From positions 80,168,001 to 80,232,000 of the forward strand of contig OZ076409.1 in the NCBI GenBank assembly GCA_964187785.1: 64,000 bases of DNA. The letters run 5' to 3'. The notes beneath the pieces are model-generated. The model saw only the letters and a program-made list of their open reading frames with translations, was not told the DNA's origin and ran no database searches. Both the position numbers and the translations under genes were made by a program. The stretch is from Amphiscolops sp. MND2022. Lineage: Eukaryota. Shown here in pieces: positions 24,995-36,141 of this stretch. Position 1 is the stretch's first letter. Each line of letters starts with the position of its first letter.

Positions 24995-27571
24995 CCAAGA
25001 AAAACAACATTTCAAAACACACGATGTGTTAAAGATGAACAATTCACAAAAACGAGTCAATTACATGCAATTTCAATTTAAAATGAACATGAAGATGTAA
25101 AATGGATGAAAAGTTACTAAAAATCACATGAAAAACGACCAAAAAACCAGAAAAAAAACACACAAAAATTTGAGATGAAAAAAGGATGAAATCACATGAA
25201 AATTCATCCCAGACACACGAGAGATGAAAAAGTGATGAACTCAGTCAAAAATTCGACCAATCAACATGCAATATTTACTAGCGATGCATTTGAGATGGAA
25301 AATACCATCAGAATGCGAACGCACTCACGTTCATGCTATCATAATACTCTAGCTCGGCTAGAGGATGAAATAGCGATGAACTCGATCCAATTATTCAGAA
25401 ATTACATGAAATCAATTAACGAGATGAATTTGTGATGGACACTACCATCAAATCGTGACCGAATTTATCGTTAACCTGACACAATACTCTAGCTTCGCTG
25501 GAGGATGTCAAAACGATGAATTTAGTCTAAATGGAAGTTCGAAAATATTAAATGACTTACCAAAACCTCCTTGCGATGGGAATCACCATCAACATAACAT
25601 CACAATAAATCAGCTAACTCTCAAACAACATGTAACTCCACGAAACGATAAAAAACAACCGACTTTATTTCGAATCATGCAAACAGAATTATGCGACACA
25701 AAAATGAAATGATCAATACATGTAAAGTTCAAAGACCTGCCAAATCAATGACGTCACGAAAGAAATTGACAATTCCAAACTACATGCAATACAAATGAGC
25801 AACACACGGAAATATACATGTACCGTTTGAAAACGAACGAGATAATATATGCAATTCACACCAAAGCCATCCAAACCTAGACGAATAAAAATGAAACAAA
25901 CAATCGAAAATACATGAAGCCCAATAACTTACATGCAAAATATAAGAACTGACGAAACACCTACAAAAATAATAAAGGAGTGAGCACCCCCCAGCAAACA
26001 TCAGTTCATAACAAGCAAAACACCCCTATCGAGAAGCCAAAAACATTCCTTCGTGCTGGCTAGCATTTCTCTGAAAAGAGTGCTGGTCAGTTGAGGCGGG
26101 GAGCTCACAACCATATTCGGATGAAGCTTGCTGCGTTGGTTATCCAGCGGCTAGTGGATTCTCAGTTAGTTTTGTAGGGGCTTTGTGACGACAAAGCCCT
26201 GTCCAAATGAACGAAAATAAAGACACCAAATTAAAATACATGAAACTAACACCGGACATATAACAACATGTCGATATTGGGGCAACCCATTTAAAGGAAT
26301 ACATTATGAAAACACGCAAACATGAAACCACACAATATCACAAAACTTAATAATTCGAAACATGCAAAGCCGTAGATGTCAATCACCTTGATTGATCAGA
26401 TTAAATGTCAAATGGACAAACCCATTTCGACGTCTGATGACAAACAACCGACCGTAAAAATAACATGAAGACTATATATAGCTCAAAACTGAGAGATTTC
26501 ATTCATCTGAATGGAGCGGAGCAGCTCCACTCATCCAGCTTTGGATTGGTACCTCAAGTACCTTGCACGCCTACGGGGTTCCAATACCATTGCTGAGTGA
26601 ACATCTCTTCGACTGCCACGCAAGCGGCAGTCACAAGAGTACGAAAAATGATTCATGCAATAATGTTCAAACTATGACAAATCCGAAACGCAACGAAAAT
26701 GAGTATAACACATGCACACTAAATTTCATGCAATTTCGACAACCTAACAAACGATCAACACCATATGACACTAAAATACATGAAGAAAACACTCCCAAAA
26801 TACCGCAAAATTGATAAAATACACTCATCTACCATGAAAAATGCAACTCTCGATCACGTTATAGTAAAATAAACACGAAAAACACGCAAGATAAATATTT
26901 TCCAAAATTACGATGAAAAGAAGATGAACTATGCAGTAAAATGAGTAAAATTCGACAAGTCAAAACTTGCGATGCAAAAACGATGAACCACAGCAAATAA
27001 CTCGCCAAAATGATAAAATGAAACGCAAGATGAAAAAACGATGAACTTTGCAGAAAAACACATGAAACAACATGCAATGATTTCCAAACAACGAAAGATG
27101 TAAAAAAGATGAGAAAACAGTTTTCGCGACATCGCTCGGTCGACTGAGGAAAACACGATGAAAATGAGATGAGACATCAAAATGAAACGCTCATGAATTA
27201 GCCACACCTACACGAGATGTAATAACGATGAACACCGTAATAAAAGTTATCTAAAACGCGCGAAAATAAAAAGCGATGTGAAAGCGATGAAAACTATCCG
27301 CAAATCTAACCTATCCCTATCCTCACCTAAAAATGTCTCAAGAGAAAAACAAATTTCGGGTGCCAAATACTAAAAATGTATATATCTACGCTACCGAATT
27401 TTCCGACGTAGCATCAGTTGTCCCCCCCTGTAAATTCATTCAATTGGTCACCCAATACATGCTACAACGATAACATAAACTAATATAAAATAGTATACAA
27501 GATCATATCAAAATAATAAATACAAAAATCATAGATATACATGAAAGCAACAGTTTCAAAGGTGTTTTCTC

Positions 27572-30500
27572 TTAAACCTCGGGACTCGGTGCCCGCTCTC
27601 CCTCTGCTGTGTAACCAATCAGATCGTAGAGAGACTCTCTATACTCTTCCGTCGCAACCACTCCCACATCGTCCCAGAGCATGTTCTCCGTTAATTCTGA
27701 CATCGCAGTGAAACGCCCGAACGACTCGCAGACTTCCTCCAGTAGAGGCCCACTAACACTTTCATAATTCCTCACTGAATGAGATTTCAGGAAACTCAGT
27801 ATGCTCGAGCACACGCTAGTCGTAACGTCACTGCTTAGCTGACCCACCTCCACACATCCGGTACTCAGCGGCAATAAAGGACTTTCACTGAGACACATCA
27901 GATATCGAAACAGCTGTCGCATCGGCACACTATTGCAAACACGGAAAATCTCCACCGCAGAACATGCGTCGTTGGTGTACACGCTCGAAGCCATATTCCT
28001 GAATCGTTCCAGGAACGAAGGAAAACTTCTGTCCATACGTGATTTCTCGAGAGCAGTCACACGCCTTAAATCCAGCAGCAGCTTTGTAAAATGTGACACC
28101 TCTTCTGATAGCAATGAGACATCACCAGCTAACAGCAAAGCAGGGCAACAGACGCTTAAATGGAAAGTCATTTCCTCTCTCATCCCATCAACACTTAACA
28201 ATTCTGCAACCACCGTCAGCAAGAAGTTCTGTACTTGAATGAAGTGATCGTTAAACACGGAAGGCTCTGCGAAACACTCCTCATACTGGCTGAACAGTCT
28301 TCGTAATACGTCCACTTTCTCGGCTGACATCACGAGACCACCCACATCAATGCTTAGGCACGCTCTCACATCGTATACAGATGGCAAAGCTGTCTCGTCC
28401 ACCAGATTAGAGAGAAGCTTATGCACAAAAGTTGCACTCTCGAAAGCCCAATGGCAACTCCACAGGCTACAACTACTAAAGCTCCACTGATAACTCGTAA
28501 TAACTAAAACAAACAGGGGTTACCCTCAACAACGCCTAATGGCCCCCTCACATTACCGACACTACCCCCCCATACCGACCTATACCCATACAATTTTGTT
28601 AACACACCATCAACGTACATATAAGTAACAAATACTCACGCGCACTAAATACTATCGACAAGGCATGTAACCGCAGCGGCACACTCAGATCTCCACACAA
28701 GACGAAATCCAAGGAGTCGACCATTCCAGACTGACTAGGAACCCTCAGCAGAGTTATGATCTCAGTCCAGTGCATATACAACTCGATCAACACATCTGGG
28801 ACGCCCCACAAGGTGATTTCACCGTCAAGCACAGACTGAAAGTGAACACACGCAATATATATAAAATGTAAGAAAGACCCGCTCGCCAAATAAACACGTG
28901 TACATAAAAAGGAAAGGAACCACACCCATTAAATTATAATTACCTGCAGCAAATTGGGACATGCCAATAAGATGGGATCTTTCATGGAATCCTTCAGCCG
29001 CGTCTGCAGGTGATTTAATAGAGTGTGAATATCCGTGCCGCCCATCACTCGTACACTCACATCAACGAGGGCTTTATTCAACTCGCCCAAACGCAACGGG
29101 ACAACTGACACTGTTCTCTGTCCAGAACTGCCTGCTAGCACATTCCCAAGTCCTGGCAACAATTGGCAATTGATACCAACAGGTGCGACCTGCCCGACAG
29201 CGCAGCAGAGCATGTCCACAACCCACTATACCACACGACGTTCCCATCCCTGCGAGTACACAAAAGAGAACACAACGTAGCTCATGGGTTTTTCCAGGGT
29301 GCACACTGTCAATAACCCCACCACTCTTCCGGCAACAATTGCGACACTGAAACTAGTGAACTCTGTCTCCGTCCACCCATTGATGATTCGGCGCATAACG
29401 TATGGCCACAGTCCCGCAAGCACCACACGCTAAACACAAACAGTAAAAACATCCAAAATACATCATTAAATACCTAGTAAAACCGAATCTCACCAACATC
29501 GAAAGTGCTCAGAAAATCAGACTAAAAATACTTCGAAAGACGTGTATATTCGACCAAAAACCATAAAAATTCATGCATTTATTCACATAAACTGAAAGAC
29601 ATGTAACATGTAGACCACATACAGTGTTAGTATAAAATCATAATAACCAGAACATCGCTATCTCGACAAGCCGATCCGAAAAGAACTGAATGTTGGGAGT
29701 TTGAAGCAACCATTAAATCCCACAAATGCTGAATGCTAGTAAAATTGCAGTCCCGGTAGATTGCATCAACAACCAAGCATACAAACAATCGAACACTTTC
29801 GGTCTGCACCACTCCGTCTATGCTCTGACTCTCGCCCCACACGGATCTGCCATTCAATTCGGTTTGCAGGACCTCCTCGACGCTCATGTTCGGACACACT
29901 TCGACCACAGGCACCATTTCGCCAGCAAGATCAGCAACACACCTGTCAGATTCCGTAACAGACATAAGAGTGCCATCACGCTTGCGCAAAGGCAGGCCCC
30001 GCCGTAATCGGATCAAACAATCGAGCCGGTGATGTCGGAAGCCACGGCAGTGCTCCCAGAACGTCGTGATACCTCTGCTGGCAATCTTGACGTCCTGCTT
30101 ACACAAGAGACATCTGACATAGGACTCGCGCGTCCGGTGTTCCTTAGCGAAGCCCAATGCTAACCCACAGTAGGCGTGCTCAAACCACACAGATCTGATA
30201 ATCTTCCTCCCTAATAAACACACAAAGCACTTGATTCAAACAAAATTCATGAAAATCAACAAGAAACACAACTAAATTCATCCTATACACATCCTATAAA
30301 ACCAAGAAATGGAAAGTTCACTAAAATTTCAAAAAACAACCCCGGAGTAATGAAAAAATGATGTAAAATAATATTTTCATCGGGAAATATAAGCGAAAAA
30401 CGAAGAAAAAACGAAAAGATGAAAAAGAGATGTGTTTGCAGACCACCAGAATGAAAATTGAAACTTTTAAAGACGAAAAACTCGAACGATGAAAAAGAGA

Positions 30501-32321
30501 TGTATAGAACGACTTTGAACCAAAATTGAGATATTTTAGAGCGAAAACAACTTAACGATGAAAAAGGGATGTAAACTGAAAAGAAAACACTGAAAAATAG
30601 CCAAAACGAAAAAGAAAAATTTTAAGGATGTAAAAGAGATGAAAAGTGGCTAAAATAGCTAGAATGCAAGACAAAAGAGAAAAACGCCATGTTTGAAAAC
30701 TTTTAACGATGAGAAAATGATGAAAAACACAACATGCAAAACTGTACAGCGAAAAGAACTAAAACGATGGAAAATGGATGAAAAAGACGAAAAATCTGAA
30801 TTGCTAGCAAAAATGAAAAGAGGAAAATGAATGAATGCAGGTACTGATCAGATACTTCACATGTTTTAAAGTTGCTTAGGTAACCTGGCAGCCTGGTCGC
30901 AATCAACTCGTCGACAGAGTCGACGAGGCTGGGACCAATCGGAGACGTCTCTTCAGGGGCAGGGTCTAGTGCCGGGGCAGCCAACTCAGAGGAAGATTCA
31001 TCAGCCAATGACCCATCCACAGTGAAGTCTTCAGGTGGCTCCACGGATGACTCAAAGCTGAAGGAAAGACGACGAACATTGGCACTTGGTGACTCGCAAA
31101 GAACAGTCTCTAACAATTCAGCAACAGGAGCAATTTCAGCCGGAGGGTCATAGTCAGTGAAGGCGTCACTGAAACCCACGGTAGCTTGAACTTCCTGATC
31201 TGCGGTACCCACACAGGCATCGACGGCCACGTCCACGTGAGTGACAAAGGCACTAACCGCCACTTCTACTGTGACACGAGGAGGAGGAGGAGGAGGACTG
31301 CGAGCTGCTGATTCGTGATCCAGAAATCTCTGAAAATTGGGCGAAAACACAGACACCGGAGCCCGTGTAACTGGAGAACTGGTAGCGCCCAAGGAGAGAT
31401 CCTGGAGAAAAGAGGACAGCTCCAGTGGAGGAGGCCCTCCCTGTGTGCTAGCATCTGTCTGAGCTGCACCAAAGTCACTCGTTCCTATCCCCACGGAGTA
31501 GGTAATAGGGCGAGGCCTTGGCGCGTGGATCGGTGTGGGGCCTGAAAGAAGAAACAGTTACTGGACGATAATGATTGGAGAAGAAAGAGCGCGTACGCCG
31601 CGCGAAGAAAGAAGACCGGAGAAGAATTCATCCAAAACTCATCTTCAAAAATGGGATTTACAGCGAGTCAGTCATGAAGAGCTGTGAATGTTCATGACAC
31701 ATCCTAAATTCATCTTAAAAATGAATTACATGGGTAATCGACCGCAAAGGACACTACATGCAGGTGAGATGTTTACATCGGAATCACATCGGAGTGTTCG
31801 GACGATAGCCTAGAGGAGTGAAAAGGAAATTGACAAACTCACTGAACTGCTGGATGCTGTCCCGCAGCATGTCCCGCATGTGGCGGTCGTACCACCCGAA
31901 GGTGATGCTACCGAGAGAGGCATACCAAGGGTAGTGGTCTGAAACACCGTACGAAAGGAGTCAGCTACTGGACGAAGTAAGGATGAGATACGAGAGATTC
32001 GAAGACTGAACTGAAAACTGGAAGGATAGTACTTACACTGCGGAAGATACGGGACATTGACTTCTTGATCAGGCTGATTACCAGGGTCAACCTGAGGTTC
32101 AGCGATAGCTGGTTGGGCTACTGGAGCCGCTTGCGGAGGTACAGTCTGAAGGGTGGTCAACTCTGAGATGACGCCGACAGAATGGACTGAGTCCGCTAAA
32201 GTGAGACATGCCTTCAGTACCTAGTTGTCCCTAACCCGTTTGTGACGAAAAGAAAAATAGTGCACTTACTTTCTGTGGCCTCGGTCTCAGGTAACGAATG
32301 AACTGAATGAATATCAGACAT
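27572..32321 (-). CDS. Element A antisense accessory gene, 8 exons (32321-32270, 32195-32037, 31938-31843, 31541-30885, 30210-29648, 29429-28944, 28835-28640, 28503-27572), about 1046 aa; BED-like finger plus hAT-transposase-like body; one in-frame TAG at 29228-29226
   Basis: Seven GT...AG introns (donors GTAAGT, GTAAGT, GTGAGT, GTTACC, GTTATT, GTAATT, GTGAGT) with pyrimidine-rich acceptors. Phases match and the total is 3141 nt. The spliced protein aligns colinearly with the element B antisense protein. Donors of introns 4 and 5 are weaker. Confidence 0.8.
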
Positions 32322-32827
32322 CTCGCACTTGAGGAAGAAATTGCAAAACAATCTGAAAAGAATGGAAGAAGGTGAAAGAAGGAAAGAAATCGAAGAATCC
32401 AGGAACAGAGAATTTGATCAGTAATTAAATGGCCTGATCAACCATGATTACGGAAGAACAAATTCAATAGAAGATTTCAAAGAGCGCGACGCAGCTTGAA
32501 TGCCATGTTAATCAAATACTTGAATTCAGAAGATGAAAAATCGATGAAAAACTCTCCGATTTCAAATACTGACATCACTTTTCTTCCCAGTACAACCAAC
32601 TCAAGCTTTCTCTGAAAATGGATCGTCCTCTCCTAGGACTTGACAAAAAACTTCAAGTATTTGATTTGTTGACAGCTGCCAGTCTCAGATCAATACCGAC
32701 GAAGCTGAGCGGAAACGGGCAAAGGAAATCGTGGCGATTTTCAAACCGACTTGAATGGAGGATGATTTATGGATGAGAATGCTGCTGACAACCGGTTGTA
32801 ATTTCCTTCAGTTATAAATTCAGTCTC

Positions 32828-32931
32828 AGCCAATCAGATCGAGCAACAATTGCTATGGCGACGAATTCATCTCTTTCTCATCGCTCAAAAGTCGAGCAGC
32901 GGAAGTAACTTTTGACAGTTGCTATGACGAC
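32828..32931. promoter_or_regulatory. Candidate internal promoter upstream of the element A antisense gene (CCAAT box, ETS-like site, two X-box-like motifs)
   Basis: AGCCAATCAG at 32828, ATTGCTATGGCGAC at 32849, GCGGAAGT at 32899 and GTTGCTATGACGAC at 32918, about 500-600 bp upstream of the ATG at 32321. Confidence 0.4.
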
Positions 32932-33495
32932 GATTCATCTCCTTTCCATCGCGAGTAAACAAAGCAGCGGCGCCAGCCGTTCCGCTAAACCAGCATCGAT
33001 GTCTCACTGAGCAAACAATTCATCGTTCATTCATCCCGAGAATTTGGATTTAGACGAATGGCGGCGACAACTCACTGCGAATTTGTCAATGAAGATGCCT
33101 TGAATGTTTACTCAGCGTAGGCGGCCTAGGGGAAAATTTTTCTCCAGGAAATCGAGATTTCTACCAAAATAATCAACAAACAGAGCTCCCGTCACAAGCA
33201 TGACGACCAATAAAATGCAGATCAGCGGACATTCGATGGGCCAAGAACTAGAGTTGCCGCGTCGAAAATTCTAACCGAAATCACCCAGGATGATGCCAGA
33301 AATGACGGTTACCGAAGGTCCTCTTCTCAGAGAAGCTCTCACAGGACAGAACAATCGAAGGACATGCCAATTCAGAACTAACGAAGGACATTTTCTCCCC
33401 AACAAAACGAAGGAAACAGTCGAAGCCAACGCCGAGACAACCATCCTCTGCACATTTGGCCCCTGCACTCTCAGTCCAAATCCCACCCCCGGGAG

Positions 33496-35791
33496 TGTCA
33501 TGCCAGCATGATGGAAATATAACCTACTAAATATCTGTAATGTAAATATTATGTCTTATGTACTTAGATATGGGCAATATGAAGTCATATAATAAGAGCT
33601 ATGGTTGTGAGCAACCCTACGTTACTTGTACCTTAATCCCTATCCCCCTTGAGTTTGAGCTATATATATATTTACTTAATACTGAGCGCTCTAGTTCCGG
33701 TGTCCGCACAAATGATCTTGCCAATGGCCTTTAATGTGCTATCTTATTCAATATTGGTTCGTCACGACAAGGGAGGGAAGTATTTTCCGGTTAGACTGGA
33801 CCGAGGGATGCTTAAATGATGAGACGTATAACTTCTACTAGTTCCCCGCCTCAGGGCTTGTAGTCGTGGTAAATTTCACGGAAAGTTCATCACTAATCCA
33901 TCAGCGGACTTAGTGATCTTTCAGCTTGATTTACCAGTGAAATTACAGTGCTATTTTACCAAAATTCATCGCAATCACATCGCCAAGATTGCGGGTGAAC
34001 AAAAATTGGGACATTTATTTGATTTTATTTAATGATCCATCAGCGGATCTCACGGGACTTTAAAATGCATCAAAACCATCCCATACTCATCGCCGTATTG
34101 TGATTACTAACTTTCAATGTGCTTCTCATTTCTTAAAGAGCATAACACATCCATATTTCATCGTCCTGACTAGTAACAGTGAGAAATGAGAAAGTACATC
34201 CTTAATTCATCCTAAAAAAGAGTGAAGTGCTGGATATCTGTTTTATTTGACTAATTCATCACTAGTTCATCGTCAATTTAGCTCGCACTACATTTGGCAG
34301 ATTTATTACACAAGTTCATCGCTAATTCATCGCTAGTTCAACTTGCGCTAGAATTAGCCGAACTTTCAGTTGAGTTCATCCTAAACTCATCATTGGGATT
34401 TGATACATTAGATTTTGCTGTTTTATTGAATGTATTCATCCTAAACTCATCGTACATTTGTCTTTACTGTAGAATTAGCTGCTACACCTGTTTTATCGAC
34501 TGAATTCATCCTGAATTCATCGTCAATTTCACTAGTGCTGGAAATTAGTTATTTTCGAGGAGAGTTCATCCTTTTACCATCGTCGATTTAAATTGTGCTG
34601 GAAATCGTTCATTTTGAAGACGAGTTCATCCTTTTATCATCGTCAGTTTATATCGTGTTGATCTTCGAGCGAAAAGACCACCATTCATCGCATTTTCATC
34701 CAGAGCTAAACTAGACTTGAAAATCAGCAAATATTCTGACAGTTTCATCGCATTTCCATCTTTAATTTTGAAGTATTGATTTTGGTGCTAGAATCAGCGG
34801 AAAACATCGTTTTCCCATCCCAAAGTGTGCTTTACCTTAAATTTGCTTGAAATTAGTGCGTTTTTGAATAATTTGAGTCCATTTTAGTTACTATAGAAAC
34901 CATGATGTTATGTGCAGGCAATTGCGACACTGTAAATTGATGACTAAACACCATTAACACATATAGATGTACCATGGTGCGTGGCCACTTTGCGGCAGTT
35001 CACAACACCGGTCACGTGACTTACCATTTTAGCACCAACTGACAATAGCCAATAAGAGGCGGCTGGTAAGAGATTTAGCGTCTTACCAGCCTGAAAAGAC
35101 ACGTGAACTGCTGTAAATTGGGCCGCCATAAGAGACGAAAGAGACCGAATTGCGATTAGCTACCATCCAGTTGGATACTTAACGTCAAATTTCACCAGAA
35201 AATACATCTCTATTTCATCTCTGAAAACTGCAAAATCGCAAGCTAACTACTTTCTCGGTACATCTGCAACTGCGATGAAAATTGGATGAACTTTCCTATT
35301 CATCTTTACTAATTTCCTGCTACTTTCCTGGCGACTTGTTTATTTGTATTAATCATCGATAAAACACCTCTGTTCAAATTTAGTGAATTAGAGATCAAAA
35401 AATCAGATAAAACAGCAAAATACATCGCGATAACACCTCAGATAATCCAGTCTTCACTCATAATTCTTTTCTCCCATCTCTATGAACCCAGATCAAGGCA
35501 CTGAACTCAGAAGCGGAAGAATTATTAGTTCCTCGTTAGAAACACCTGTTCCAACCGATCCAGACATGGCCCAGTCGTCCGCCAATGACTCCGGTAGTAA
35601 CGAAACTTCAGATATCTCGTCTCAGTTGTCTGAAATAAGAGAGAGTTATGAAGGAAAAATAAACGAGCTACAAAATGAGTTTAGTCAACTGAAGGACTTA
35701 ATGATGGCTGTCATAAGTAAGACAGACAGCGAAAATCGACCATCAACTTCGGAAGGTCCTTCAAAGCCGGCCCACACGGTGGGGCTCGACA
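33496..35791 (+). repeat. Element A 3' LTR (contains the Gag N-terminal ORF from 35482, reading into the flank)
   Basis: Direct repeat of 16411-18706. Confidence 0.97.
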
Positions 35792-35796
35792 AAATG

Positions 35797-36141
35797 TTTA
35801 GCAAATTCATTAATGAAAGCTTATAATTGGTTGACTGAATTGAACCTAATACCCCCTAACTTGCTAAATTTGAGCCAAGAGCAATTGAAAAAACATCTAA
35901 AACTTGTCAACGACCTATACATCACTGACAATAAAGAACTTTTTTGTCTCTATTTTTGTGCCTAAAACATTTAACCGAGCAAGATAGCATGCAAGTTGGT
36001 GCTTCTATTATATGCAAAAAGGGCACTAGCTCGAAGAGCAATTATGCTCATCTGGTGTCCTAACTGGATAAATTGAATGATAAATAATTATTTGTATTAT
36101 TTTGTTTCATGCTATCCAGTTAAATAAACTTCTTCTTCTTC
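35797..36141 (+). mobile_element. 3' remainder of the LINE: ORF2 C-terminus (stop at 35965), structured 3' UTR and (CTT)n tail
   Basis: Removing element A and one TSD copy gives the in-frame read VKKKC-LANSLMKAYNWL...LYFCA*. Hairpins GAGCA/TGCTC and TAACTGGATA/TATCCAGTTA, then AATAAA followed by CTTCTTCTTCTTC. Confidence 0.88.

Larger units (their letters stand above)
16411..35791 (+). mobile_element. Element A: full-length giant Ty3/Gypsy LTR retrotransposon (19,381 bp)
   Basis: Two 2296-bp near-identical LTRs (TGTC...GACA), 5-bp TSD AAATG (16406-16410 and 35792-35796), PBS, gag and pol in PR-RT-RH-INT order. Confidence 0.97.

Noticed and set aside
26420..26460. Possible hammerhead ribozyme (TTTCG...CTGATGA)
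   Set aside because: No downstream stem II with GAAA core.
33058..33530. Element A counterpart of element B's LTR-overlapping ORF (33290-33511 and a stop-ridden frame from 33058)
   Set aside because: Short or multiply interrupted, with no visible similarity to the 208-aa ORF.
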